NCBI GenBank assembly: GCA_039630485.1
Contig: JBCNUX010000002.1
Span: 8,273 to 72,272 of the forward strand
Direction of reading: 5' to 3'
Source of the DNA: Chlorobiota bacterium
Lineage (GTDB): Bacteria > Bacteroidota > Ignavibacteria > Kapaibacteriales > HRBIN21
Length of the DNA stretch: 64,000 nucleotides
Shown: in pieces, positions 18,014 through 26,717 of the stretch
Layout: every line of letters begins with the position of its first letter
Position numbering within the stretch: position 1 is the first letter of the stretch
Notes under the pieces: model-generated
The model's input: only the letters and a program-made list of their open reading frames with translations
Databases searched by the model: none
Told to the model about the DNA's origin: nothing
Program-made: the position numbers and the translations under genes

Positions 18014-18021
18014 TAATTTTG
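18014..18021 (+). promoter_or_regulatory. Candidate -7 promoter box TAATTTTG far upstream of mgtE
   Basis: Exact TAnnTTTG match, 195 nt upstream of the mgtE ATG. It is the only such box in the 288-nt intergenic region. Confidence 0.5.
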
Positions 18022-18216
18022 TGGCCTTTTGCTGAAACGTAGTAAAGCGGGACAGCCGAGGGGCCGTGCAGAGAACTCTAAGTCTGGAGCGGCTGGATGT
18101 CATCCTTATGTCCCTTAGGGACTGCGAACTTGTGGAGCCTGAGCAGCAAGTGACGAGCAGAGATGGCGGTGCTGGTGGCTGCGGCGTGTTGGTTCCATAG
18201 CTGAGGGAGAGGAAGG
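18022..18216 (+). promoter_or_regulatory. Long candidate 5' leader of mgtE (unclassified, possibly structured)
   Basis: About 195 nt lie between the box and the ATG, against 25-37 nt for other boxed genes here. Local hairpins include CTAAG...CTTAG enclosing GGAT-GTC-ATCC. Pyrimidine tract 18104-18116 is partly complementary to the purine-rich RBS tract 18204-18216. Confidence 0.35.
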
Positions 18217-19569
18217 ATGCTCAAGGAGCTGTTGAAGCCGGAGATAGAGGAGCTACTCCAGCACCACCGTTGGAACGAGCTACGAGAGGCGATTGCAGAC
18301 TGGTCTACACCGGAGATTGCCGATCTCCTGCTGGACCTGGATAAGGAAGGTCGCGTCCTGCTGTTCCGAGCCCTGCCACGCTGGTCAGCGGCAGAGGTCT
18401 TCTCACACTTAGAGCCAGCGCAGCAAGATGCACTTCTGCGAGAGTTGACGGATCAGGAGACGCGAGAGTTGCTTCGGCGTCTGAGTCCCGATGACCGCAC
18501 AGCGCTCTTGGAAGAGATGCCATCAGAAGTGACACGCCGGCTGCTGGCCCTCTTGGAGCCAGAGGATTTCCGGGAGGCCAGTTTCCTGTTGGGCTTCCCA
18601 GAGCAGAGCGTTGGGCGACTGATGACGCCGGAGTTCGTAGCGCTACGCCCTTACTGGACAGTCCGCGAAGCATTGAAGCATATCCGGCGTTACGGTCGTG
18701 ATAGCGAGACTCTCAATCACCTGTACGTCACCGACGATGATGGCCGGCTACTCGGCGAGCTTCCACTCCGTACCCTCGTTTTAGCCGATGAGGCGACGGT
18801 CATTGCCGACATCATGAACTACGCCGTGGTCAGCCTCTCAGCGTTCGATGACCGAGAGAGCGCCGTCCATGCAATGCGTAAGTACGATGTGTCGGTGCTC
18901 CCCGTGGTGGACTCCGATGGTGTTCTGCTTGGGATCGTGACGTTTGATGATGTCATGGACGTCTCCGAGGAAGAGGTAACAGAGGACTTCCAGAAGATTA
19001 GCGCTGTGGCGCCGATAGAGATCTCCTACCGTGAAGCATCCGTCTTTCGACTATGGCGGCGTCGGATAGGGTGGCTATTGCTGCTACTTGTGTCAGACTT
19101 CCTGACAGCGACGGTGATTGCCACATACGAGCACGCGCTGCAAGTCATGATTGCTCTTTCCTTCTTTATCCCCATGATTGTTGGCACTGGCGGCAATGTT
19201 GCAACTCAGTCTTCCACGCTCATCATTCGGGCACTGGCGCTGCGCGAGGTTGGTCCACGAGATTGGCTGCGTGTTCTTGCTAAAGAGCTGGCGGTGAGTG
19301 TCTTGCTGGGAGTAGTGTTGGCTTTCATTGTGTGGTTGCGTGGCTTCTTCTGGCGTGGGGGACCAGAAGTGGCACTCGTTGTCGGACTCAGCATGTTCTT
19401 CATCGTCATCTGGTCCAATGCTGTAGCAGCGCTCTTTCCGATCGGAGCAAAGCGGATTGGGATTGACCCCGCGTTGATCTCGGGGCCCTTCCTGACGACC
19501 TTCATCGATGTGACGGGACTGCTGATCTACTTCAACGTGGCTGAGTGGATTTTGGGGCTGCGGGTATGA
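18217..19569 (+). CDS. mgtE: Magnesium transporter MgtE
   Basis: 450 aa. MgtE N-domain, CBS pair and five-TM C-terminal domain with a [11 protein letters not shown]-type motif. Confidence 0.93.
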   Translation: MLKELLKPEIEELLQHHRWNELREAIADWSTPEIADLLLDLDKEGRVLLFRALPRWSAAEVFSHLEPAQQDALLRELTDQETRELLRRLSPDDRTALLEEMPSEVTRRLLALLEPEDFREASFLLGFPEQSVGRLMTPEFVALRPYWTVREALKHIRRYGRDSETLNHLYVTDDDGRLLGELPLRTLVLADEATVIADIMNYAVVSLSAFDDRESAVHAMRKYDVSVLPVVDSDGVLLGIVTFDDVMDVSEEEVTEDFQKISAVAPIEISYREASVFRLWRRRIGWLLLLLVSDFLTATVIATYEHALQVMIALSFFIPMIVGTGGNVATQSSTLIIRALALREVGPRDWLRVLAKELAVSVLLGVVLAFIVWLRGFFWRGGPEVALVVGLSMFFIVIWSNAVAALFPIGAKRIGIDPALISGPFLTTFIDVTGLLIYFNVAEWILGLRV

Positions 19570-20522
19570 CAGTCCATCGCTGTCGGCGCGTCGTCATCAC
19601 CGGTGGAGCTGGCTTTCTGGGTTCGCATCTATGCGATCGCTTTCTGCAGGAGGGGTATGCTGTCGTCTGTATCGACAACCTACTGACGGGCTCTCTGGAG
19701 AACATCGCCCATCTCTTCGGGCATCCGCGCTTCAGCTTTGTGCACTACGATGTCACAAACTTCTTCTACGTTGAGGGCGACGTTGACGCTGTGCTCCACT
19801 TCGCCTCTCCCGCTTCGCCCAGGGACTACCAAGTGTACCCCATTCAGACCCTCAAGGTGGGATCTCTGGGCACGCATAAGGCCCTTGGACTCGCTAAGGC
19901 TAAGGGGGCGTGTTTCCTACTGGCAAGCACCAGCGAAGTGTACGGTGACCCCTTGGTCCATCCTCAGCCGGAAGATTATTGGGGGAACGTCAACCCGATT
20001 GGGATCCGTGGTGTTTACGATGAGGCCAAGCGTTTCGCGGAGGCCATGACGATGGCATACCACCGCTACCATGGTCTACAGACCCGCATTGCTCGGATCT
20101 TCAATACCTACGGCCCGCGGATGCGATTGGACGATGGGAGGGCCATCCCAACCTTCATCGTCCAGGCGCTGCGTGGAGAACCTATCACTGTCTATGGCGA
20201 TGGCTTGCAGACTCGCTCGGTGTGCTACATCAGCGACATGGTGGAAGGGCTCTTTCGCCTGCTTCGGGCCGAAATCGTGGAGCCAGTGAACTTAGGCAAC
20301 CCGGATGAGGTCTCGGTGCTCACCTTAGCGCAGGAGATTCGAGCACTAACTGGGAGCACGAGCCCGATTGTCTTTGCCCCGCTTCCTGAGGATGATCCGA
20401 AAGTGCGTCGCCCTGACATTCGCCGGGCTCAGGAGCTCCTTGGGTGGGAGCCGGTCGTAAGCCGTCAGGAGGGCTTGCGGCGCACTATCCAGGACTTTCG
20501 CCAGCGGTTGGGAATGGCATGA
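19566..20522 (+). CDS. UDP-glucuronate decarboxylase (UDP-xylose synthase-like SDR)
   Basis: [14 protein letters not shown] Rossmann motif. [33 protein letters not shown] is characteristic of UXS-type extended SDRs. ATG at 19566 forms an ATGA overlap with mgtE. Confidence 0.85.
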   Translation: MTVHRCRRVVITGGAGFLGSHLCDRFLQEGYAVVCIDNLLTGSLENIAHLFGHPRFSFVHYDVTNFFYVEGDVDAVLHFASPASPRDYQVYPIQTLKVGSLGTHKALGLAKAKGACFLLASTSEVYGDPLVHPQPEDYWGNVNPIGIRGVYDEAKRFAEAMTMAYHRYHGLQTRIARIFNTYGPRMRLDDGRAIPTFIVQALRGEPITVYGDGLQTRSVCYISDMVEGLFRLLRAEIVEPVNLGNPDEVSVLTLAQEIRALTGSTSPIVFAPLPEDDPKVRRPDIRRAQELLGWEPVVSRQEGLRRTIQDFRQRLGMA

Positions 20523-20540
20523 GCTGTATCGTTGAACCCA

Positions 20541-20548
20541 TATTTTCG
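20541..20548 (+). promoter_or_regulatory. Candidate variant -7 box TATTTTCG upstream of ruvB
   Basis: One mismatch to TAnnTTTG (TTCG). Lies 28 nt upstream of the ATG at 20577, the same spacing as the exact boxes. Confidence 0.35.
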
Positions 20549-20576
20549 TGGCGTTTCAGCTTCAGCCCGAGGTTCT

Positions 20577-21602
20577 ATGACGGAGCGACGGCGGTTGCTG
20601 CACCCGGAGCGATTGCCGGAAGATGAACAGGAACACCAGCTCCGGCCGCAGAGCTTTGCAGACTTCATTGGACAGTCGTCAGTGGTGGAGAATCTTCGTG
20701 TCTTCGTCCAGGCAGCGTGCCAGCGTGGGGAGGCGTTGGACCATGTTCTGCTGACAGGCCCGCCAGGATTGGGGAAGACGACTCTGGCCTCCATCCTCGC
20801 CCGAGAGATGGGGGTCGAGTTTCGGTCGGTGACGGGACCCGTCTTGGAACGGCCGGGGGATTTAGCAGGGCTGCTGACGACCATCCCGGAGCGGACAGTC
20901 GTGCTGATAGACGAGATCCATCGGTTACCAGCAGCGGTGGAGGAGTACCTCTACGCTGCCATGGAGGACTTCCGCTTGGATATCCTAATCGACACAGGGC
21001 CAGCGGCGCGTTCGGTCCAATTGCGCCTCCCGCGGTTTACCCTTGTGGGAGCTACGACACGCCAGGGGTTGCTGAGTGCCCCACTGCGTTCTCGCTTTGG
21101 TATCGCGGCACGATTGGACTACTATGCCCCAGAGGAGCTCTGTGCCATCGTCCAGCGTGCCGCTCGTCTCCTGCACGTTCCGATAGAGCCAGAAGGAGCG
21201 TGGGAAATTGCCCGCCGCTCCCGCGGAACCCCGCGTATTGCCCACCGATTGCTACGCCGGGCTCGGGATTTCGCTCAAGTCAAGGGGACAGGCGTTATCA
21301 CGGCGGAGATTGCCCGAATAGCGCTCGAGGCGTTAGAGGTGGATGAGTTCGGGCTGGACGAGATGGACAAGCGCATCCTGCTGACCATCATCGACAAGTT
21401 CGGCGGTGGTCCCGTTGGGCTCACTACTATTGCCGTTGCTGTTGGAGAGGAGCCGGACACGATTGAGGAGGTCTACGAGCCCTTCCTCATCCAACAGGGG
21501 TTCCTGCGCCGCACTCCGCGGGGGCGTGAGGCGACGGAGCTGGCCTACCAGCACCTTCAGCGCCGTCCGACTCGGTCTGCACAGCCTCGGCTCTTTGAGT
21601 GA
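20577..21602 (+). CDS. ruvB: Holliday junction branch migration helicase RuvB
   Basis: [12 protein letters not shown], Walker [10 protein letters not shown], Walker [10 protein letters not shown]. Start set to ATG at 20577; the ORF-track start at 20532 is a TTG. Confidence 0.95.
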   Translation: MTERRRLLHPERLPEDEQEHQLRPQSFADFIGQSSVVENLRVFVQAACQRGEALDHVLLTGPPGLGKTTLASILAREMGVEFRSVTGPVLERPGDLAGLLTTIPERTVVLIDEIHRLPAAVEEYLYAAMEDFRLDILIDTGPAARSVQLRLPRFTLVGATTRQGLLSAPLRSRFGIAARLDYYAPEELCAIVQRAARLLHVPIEPEGAWEIARRSRGTPRIAHRLLRRARDFAQVKGTGVITAEIARIALEALEVDEFGLDEMDKRILLTIIDKFGGGPVGLTTIAVAVGEEPDTIEEVYEPFLIQQGFLRRTPRGREATELAYQHLQRRPTRSAQPRLFE

Positions 21603-21621
21603 AATCTCCAAATGCCTCCGA

Positions 21622-22773
21622 ATGCTGAGTCTGTGGGAGCGCTTGGAGCTGTTGCGGGCGGATGTGGTCATCGTGGGTGGAGGGGTAGTGGGGCTGTGGA
21701 CCGCACTGGAGTGCTGCCGCCGATATCCCCAGAGGTCTACCCTGGTGCTGGAGCGGTCCACGATTCCGTGCGGAGCTAGTACGCGAAATGCGGGCTTTGC
21801 CACGATTGGGACAGTCGGGGAGGCTACTGCCCATGCGGAATTGGTTGGGGATGCGGCGGTTGTAGGACTCATGGTAGAGCGCTGGCTTGGGCTACAGCAG
21901 TGGCGACGGGAGTTTGGGGACGCGTCTTTGGGCTTCGAAGCTGTCGGGGGCTACGAGCTGGTCTTTGAGGGTGAGGAGCATCTCCGAGGTGCCGTGGAGC
22001 GCTGGAACGAGCTCCTACGAGAGGCCTTCGGCGGGACAGTCTTCCATGACCGACCGGAACTACTTGCCCAGTGGAGGTGGCGTCCCGAAGGTCTACGGAG
22101 CATTATTGCGAATCCATACGACGGGGCCTTGAATACCGGCAAGGCTCTAAAAGCCCTACAGCAGCGAGCCCTGCAGGCTGGAGCGACGATATGGACGGGG
22201 GCGAAGGTGGAGCTCATCGAGCCGGACTCCGAGGGGATTGTCGTGAGGCTCTGGGATGCAGGGGTCCAGCGGCAGCTTGAGCTACGGGCCAAGGCCGTAG
22301 CGGTCTGTGCCAACGCATGGATTCCTCAACTCGTGCCAGAGGTTGCCGACATTCAGCCTGCCAGAGGGCAGGTGTTGCTGACAGTGCCCGTGCAAAATCC
22401 CCCTTTCCCTACCGGCACCTACCACTTCTGCCAGGGCTACTACTACTTCCGCTGGGTAGGACAGCGCCTCCTCTTCGGCGGAGGACGCCATTTAGCCCTG
22501 CAGGAGGAGACGACGTATGAGCTGGGCCTCAATCCTGTGCTCCAGCAGCATTTGGAGTCGCTTCTAAAGACACGGCTGCTTGGGCGTAGGGTGGACATTG
22601 AAAATCGCTGGAGTGGCGTCATGGGGATGCGCCCAGAGAAGCTGCCACGAGTGGAGAGGGTCGGAGAGCGCATCGTCGTTGGCTTCGGATGTAACGGGAT
22701 GGGGCTTGCCTTGGCGCCGCGAATTGCTGAGCAAGTGGCAGGGCTGGTGGGGGCCTGTTTAGTAGATGGGTAG
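21622..22773 (+). CDS. FAD-dependent oxidoreductase (DAO / glycine-sarcosine oxidase-like family)
   Basis: Dinucleotide-binding motif DVVIVGGGVVGLWTA directly after the proposed ATG at 21622. The longer ORF from 21406 overlaps ruvB and is rejected. Confidence 0.8.
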   Translation: MLSLWERLELLRADVVIVGGGVVGLWTALECCRRYPQRSTLVLERSTIPCGASTRNAGFATIGTVGEATAHAELVGDAAVVGLMVERWLGLQQWRREFGDASLGFEAVGGYELVFEGEEHLRGAVERWNELLREAFGGTVFHDRPELLAQWRWRPEGLRSIIANPYDGALNTGKALKALQQRALQAGATIWTGAKVELIEPDSEGIVVRLWDAGVQRQLELRAKAVAVCANAWIPQLVPEVADIQPARGQVLLTVPVQNPPFPTGTYHFCQGYYYFRWVGQRLLFGGGRHLALQEETTYELGLNPVLQQHLESLLKTRLLGRRVDIENRWSGVMGMRPEKLPRVERVGERIVVGFGCNGMGLALAPRIAEQVAGLVGACLVDG

Positions 22774-22796
22774 CCTGCTGTTCCGAGCAGACTCAG

Positions 22797-22804
22797 TAAA
22801 ATTG
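22797..22804 (+). promoter_or_regulatory. Candidate variant -7 box TAAAATTG upstream of tRNA-Thr
   Basis: One mismatch to TAnnTTTG. Lies 20 nt upstream of the tRNA 5' end, similar to the tRNA-Pro geometry. Confidence 0.35.
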
Positions 22805-22824
22805 CAGCAGCCCGACCGCAGGAT

Positions 22825-22897
22825 GCCAACGTAGCTCAGCTGGTAGAGCAGCTCACTCGTAATGAGCAGGTCGTGGGTTCGAATCCCACCGTTGGCT
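22825..22897 (+). tRNA. tRNA-Thr (anticodon CGT)
   Basis: Manual cloverleaf: acceptor GCCAACG/CGTTGGC, D arm GCTC-AGCTGGTA-GAGC, anticodon stem GCTCA/TGAGC with loop CTCGTAA, T arm GTGGG-TTCGAAT-CCCAC. No encoded CCA. Confidence 0.9.
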
Positions 22898-22926
22898 CAG
22901 GGTAGGGGGCACCGAAGGGGTACCGC

Positions 22927-23556
22927 TTAGGGCAAGCTCCTCCAGCAGAGCCAGAGGAAGAGCACTACGAGGCCATAGGTGCTTGCAGTGGCTAAGGGCG
23001 AGGAAGACCAGAGCTTCAGTACAGAGCCGAACGAGCGCTTCGGGGCCAGGCGTGTTCCGGAGGCATCAACGAAGGCGAAGAGCTCGTCCAGTACTAAGTG
23101 GCTCAAGAATCCCAAGACGGCAGCCGTCGCCATCGTAAGCCGGAGATCGAGGGCGTTCCCGGAGAAAGCGAGGAAGACGAGCATTCCCCATATCGCTGCA
23201 GCTGGGAGGCTGTGGACCATGCCTCGATGAGTGGTGAGCTGGCTGAGGAGGTACCGTAGCCCCCACCGCAACATCCAGAAGAGCGCGATAGCGCTACCCA
23301 GAGTGCTTACCTCGCTCAACGGCAGGTGCAGGAAGTGGCTGCCGATGAGCACACCAAGGAGTGCTCCAGTGCTGAAGACGAACTCCGCGAACCGGCTACC
23401 GGGGGAGTCTACGTCGGGAAGGATGCCCCCAACGGTGCAGAGTACGGCTGCCGTTGCTGCTTCCTGCCACGGGAGCTGATGCTGGAAGGCATGGAAAGCA
23501 GCATAGCCGCTTCCCAAGGCCCAGGCAACGGCAACATGGTGTTCAAAACGTGCCAT
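22927..23556 (-). CDS. Membrane-bound metal-dependent hydrolase, YdjM/DUF457-like
   Basis: 209 aa and polytopic. GGILPDVDSPGS and HRGMVHSL motifs are typical of the YdjM family. Confidence 0.65.
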   Translation of the reverse strand: MARFEHHVAVAWALGSGYAAFHAFQHQLPWQEAATAAVLCTVGGILPDVDSPGSRFAEFVFSTGALLGVLIGSHFLHLPLSEVSTLGSAIALFWMLRWGLRYLLSQLTTHRGMVHSLPAAAIWGMLVFLAFSGNALDLRLTMATAAVLGFLSHLVLDELFAFVDASGTRLAPKRSFGSVLKLWSSSPLATASTYGLVVLFLWLCWRSLP

Positions 23557-24457
23557 GGTGTTGACGCCAAAGGTGGCGGATATCCTCTACCCCCAAGGGG
23601 TGCCCAGCGGCCAGTAGACGGAGCACTTCCAAGTTGATGCGGTCGGCAGCATGGTCTCCGCTGTCCGGGGTTTCTGCAATCATCGGGATGGAGTCCCAGC
23701 GTGGGTCGGTCAGGAGCCAGCGGAAGCAGTCTGGACCGCAGTAGCCTAAGCCGATGTGGGTATGCCGGTCTCGGCGTGCTCCGGGAGGAAAGGCGCTGTC
23801 ATTGAGGTGAAGGACACGCAGACGCTCAACCCCGATGAGGGTCTCCATGCGGGTCCAGAACTCCTCGTAGCCTTCCTCGGTGTCTATACGGTACCCGGCC
23901 GCTAGCGCATGGCATGTATCGATGCAGATCCCAAGGCGGTCCGCAGCAGGGCAAAGTTCAAGGATTTGCGCTAGCTCCTCCAGTGAGCCGCCCAATGCGT
24001 TCCCTTGTCCAGCGGTGAGCTCTATGCACAGTTGCGGGACCTCTCCAGCGTTCTGCACGAGAGCTGCGAGGGCCCGGGCAACGCGGCGTATCCCCGCCTT
24101 GCGTTCCTCTGCAGGGCAGCTTCCGGGATGGAGTACGAGGAGTGGGATGCCTAACTGCTGGCAGCGCCGGCATTCCGCCTCCAAGGCAGCGTAGCTGCGA
24201 CGCCGCAACGACTCTTGCGGCGAAGCTGGGTTCGGTAGATACGCAGCATGGGCCACGACAGCTTGGATTCCTGTCGCTTTGAGAGCCTCTCGGAAAGCTG
24301 CGGCAGTGTCCGGAGGTAGAGGCGAGAGACTCCACTGACGGGCATTCGCCGTGAAGACTTGGAAAGCTGTGCAGCCAATTTCCCGAGCACGCCGTGCAGC
24401 TTTCGGCAGCCCTCCGGCAATGCTAACCTGGACACCGAGTAGGAGCGGCCTGTCCAT
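23543..24457 (-). CDS. nfo: Deoxyribonuclease IV (endonuclease IV, AP endonuclease family 2)
   Basis: LGVQVSIAGG N-terminus, LGICIDTCHALAAGY, and LHLNDS metal-ligand motifs. Confidence 0.9.
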   Translation of the reverse strand: MDRPLLLGVQVSIAGGLPKAARRAREIGCTAFQVFTANARQWSLSPLPPDTAAAFREALKATGIQAVVAHAAYLPNPASPQESLRRRSYAALEAECRRCQQLGIPLLVLHPGSCPAEERKAGIRRVARALAALVQNAGEVPQLCIELTAGQGNALGGSLEELAQILELCPAADRLGICIDTCHALAAGYRIDTEEGYEEFWTRMETLIGVERLRVLHLNDSAFPPGARRDRHTHIGLGYCGPDCFRWLLTDPRWDSIPMIAETPDSGDHAADRINLEVLRLLAAGHPLGVEDIRHLWRQHHGTF

Positions 24458-24486
24458 CTCACGACGGAGGGCAGGTGGATGGGCAA

Positions 24487-24494
24487 TATTTTTG
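24487..24494 (+). promoter_or_regulatory. Candidate -7 promoter box TATTTTTG for rmlC
   Basis: Exact TAnnTTTG match, 25 nt upstream of the ATG at 24520. Embedded in the palindrome GGCAA-TATTT-TTGCC. Confidence 0.5.
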
Positions 24495-24519
24495 CCGTTG
24501 GTCTCCGGGCCTATTTGGG

Positions 24520-25092
24520 ATGCCGTGGGAGCTTGTGCAGACGGCTTTCCATGATGGTGCCGTCAAGCTGTTCCGTAGCCAGCAGTTCCATGACGAAAGG
24601 GGCTGGTTCCTGGAGGTCTTCCGCGTCGATGAGGCGGCTCGGTGGGGGATTCGCGAAATCGTGCAGGAAAACCACTCCTGCTCGCGCCGTGGGGTTATTC
24701 GCGGGCTCCATTTCCAGCATACCCCGCCGATGGGGAAGTTGCTTCGGATAACGCGTGGCCGGGCTTTCGTTGTGGAAGTGGACGTCCGAAAGCGGTCCCC
24801 AAGCTGCGGACGTTGGTGGAGTGTTGAGCTAACGGCTCGAGATCCCTTGCTGCTGTGGATTCCGCCGGGCTTCGCCAACGGATTCTGCGCCCTTTCTCCG
24901 GTGGTGGAGGTGCAGTATCTCTGTACGGCGCTGTACAACCCAGCCGGTGAAGTCGTTATCCGCTGGGATGATCCAGAGCTGGGCATTCTGTGGCCAGTTA
25001 CGGTCCCGATTCTGTCTGAGCGCGACCGTTTGCGGGGGATGTCACTACGGGAGTGGCTGCAACACCCGGTGGCAGAGTCGTTCGGCACGTAG
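24520..25092 (+). CDS. rmlC: dTDP-4-dehydrorhamnose 3,5-epimerase
   Basis: FHDERGWFLEVF, RGLHFQ, KLLRITRGRAFVVEVDVR, PPGFANGF motifs. Start set to ATG at 24520, downstream of the promoter box; the ORF-track start at 24475 is a GTG. Confidence 0.85.
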   Translation: MPWELVQTAFHDGAVKLFRSQQFHDERGWFLEVFRVDEAARWGIREIVQENHSCSRRGVIRGLHFQHTPPMGKLLRITRGRAFVVEVDVRKRSPSCGRWWSVELTARDPLLLWIPPGFANGFCALSPVVEVQYLCTALYNPAGEVVIRWDDPELGILWPVTVPILSERDRLRGMSLREWLQHPVAESFGT

Positions 25093-26278
25093 TTCCCTGG
25101 CTTGGGAAGCTGAATTCCACCACTCTCGTCTCCTGCAGAGCGTGCTGGAGTAGGGTCTCCAACGGGAGCTGAGCCTCTATGTCGGCAACCGTCGTAGGAT
25201 CCGAGCGCGTGACGGAATGGCGGGGGACGAAGAGGCTGCAGCAGTCCTCGTCCGGCTGGATCGAGAGCTCGTAGGTGCCTAACTGCCGTGCTTGCGCGAT
25301 GATTTCCTGCTTGGACATGCCGATGAGAGGGCGCAGGATTGGGAGCTCAGCAACGGCGCTGATGGTTGCAAGGTTGTCCAGCGTTTGAGAGCTTACCTGT
25401 CCTAAGCTCTCGCCTGTCACCAAGGCTTGGGCTCGGTAGCGGCGGGCTATCTGCTGCGCTAATCGGAGCATGAATCGGCGGTAGAGGATGACGCGGTACG
25501 ATGGTGGGGCTAACGCGACGACATGCTGTTGGAACTCTGCAGTTGGGACCAGGAAGAGCCGGGAATGGTATTCGTAGCGGGTCAGCACCTCTACGAGAGC
25601 TTCCGCCTTCTCTTGGGAGCGCCGCGAGACGAGCGGAAAGCTGTGGAAGTGGACGAAGTCTACAGAACAGCCACGCAGCATCATCCGCCACGCAGCTACG
25701 GGGGAGTCGATACCGCCGGAGAGGAGAGCCAAAACGTGGCCGCTGACGCCCACTGGAAGCCCTCCCATGCCCGGTAGGCGTTCGGTGTAGACGTAGCAGC
25801 CATCTGGGAGTAGGCGCACCCAGAGCGTCTTCTCGGGGGTTTGGAGGTCTACTCGAGCTCCGACGCGCTCTGCAATGTGTGCTCCAAGCTGACGTTCAAT
25901 CTCGGCTGAGGAGAGAGGGAAGCGCTTCTCCGTCCGTTTGCACCGAACAGCAAACGAGGCAAACGGGGGGAGTTGGTCGAGGAGTGCGTCCGTGGCCTCT
26001 AGAAGGGCTTCCCAGGAGAGCTTGCTCCTGAGGGCCAACGCAACGGATTCTACTCCCACCACGTGGAGCAGGCGCTCGCGGACAGACTCAATCTGCGAAG
26101 GGTCACAGTGAATGCGGACAGCCATTGGGGGGACATACGTCACGGACGCAGGGAGGTCGTTCAAGGCCTTTCGGATGTTGCGGAGTGCTGTCTGCAGGAA
26201 CAGACGCCGGTTGTTCCCTTTGAGGGCAATCTCATGGAATAACCATGCCAGGAGGACAGGCCGTGGTTTATGCTGCAT
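24998..26278 (-). CDS. thiI: tRNA 4-thiouridine(8) synthase ThiI (THUMP plus PP-loop ATPase, no rhodanese domain)
   Basis: PP-loop LLSGGIDSPVAAW and a THUMP-like N-terminal half. Start set to ATG at 26278. The low-complexity C-terminal ~30 aa overlap rmlC on the opposite strand. Confidence 0.88.
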   Translation of the reverse strand: MQHKPRPVLLAWLFHEIALKGNNRRLFLQTALRNIRKALNDLPASVTYVPPMAVRIHCDPSQIESVRERLLHVVGVESVALALRSKLSWEALLEATDALLDQLPPFASFAVRCKRTEKRFPLSSAEIERQLGAHIAERVGARVDLQTPEKTLWVRLLPDGCYVYTERLPGMGGLPVGVSGHVLALLSGGIDSPVAAWRMMLRGCSVDFVHFHSFPLVSRRSQEKAEALVEVLTRYEYHSRLFLVPTAEFQQHVVALAPPSYRVILYRRFMLRLAQQIARRYRAQALVTGESLGQVSSQTLDNLATISAVAELPILRPLIGMSKQEIIAQARQLGTYELSIQPDEDCCSLFVPRHSVTRSDPTTVADIEAQLPLETLLQHALQETRVVEFSFPSQGTTCRTTLPPGVAATPVVTSPANGRAQTESGP

Positions 26279-26717
26279 CTGCTGCGTAGCTCTGAAGTGC
26301 CAACTGTGAACACAACGATCCACGCTGGGCGCCTTCACTCAGCTCCCCCATCCGGCCCCAGCGCCATGCTCGGTAGAGCGTGACTGGCTCGGTAGAGGTC
26401 GTCGGTAACTGAGGGTTGGTGTGGAGAGAGGCTTCATAGAGGCGCATGGAGAGCCGGTAGTTTGGGCGTTGTTGGGAGCCTGCGCATCGAAAGCGGATAT
26501 CGGCTAGCTCGCAGCCGAGCTTGGTCTTAGCCAGCCGCTTGAGGGCCTCATCGTCCGACTCCCCTGGTCGGAGGCTGACAGCCGGGAGTCCCCAAATGCC
26601 GGGCAACTCGGGGTCGTCCTCCGGGCGTAGCACTAGGAGGACCTTGTCAGGATGTAGGGCAGAGCGAATGAGAACTGCGATGCTCTCCTTGCTCTGTTCT
26701 GTTGCAGAGCTGCTCAT
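26268..26717 (-). CDS. NUDIX-fold protein with degenerate Nudix box
   Basis: 149 aa. GIWGLPAVSLRPGESDDEALKRLAKTKLG aligns by eye to the Nudix box, but RLAKTK replaces the catalytic REx2EE. ATGA overlap with the upstream SEDS gene. Confidence 0.5.
   Translation of the reverse strand: MSSSATEQSKESIAVLIRSALHPDKVLLVLRPEDDPELPGIWGLPAVSLRPGESDDEALKRLAKTKLGCELADIRFRCAGSQQRPNYRLSMRLYEASLHTNPQLPTTSTEPVTLYRAWRWGRMGELSEGAQRGSLCSQLALQSYAADAA

Noticed and set aside
18097-18153. 18-codon upstream ORF (MSSLCPLGTANLWSLSSK) inside the mgtE leader, reminiscent of leader-peptide control
   Set aside because: No SD, no Pro or other diagnostic codon runs, and it is too short to separate from chance. It is not supportable from sequence alone.
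18022-18216. M-box (ykoK) magnesium riboswitch upstream of mgtE
   Set aside because: Apart from a short GCUGGAUG match, I cannot find the conserved M-box segments (the GUUAGGUGAGGCU-like 5' segment, the GACGCUAA-like core, the UGCUAAAGCUCUAC-like 3' segment). I keep it only as an unclassified long leader.
24481-24495. Palindrome GGCAA-TATTT-TTGCC between nfo and rmlC as a regulator binding site
   Set aside because: The AT-rich core is already explained as the TATTTTTG promoter box for rmlC. The flanking 5-bp arms could be coincidental.
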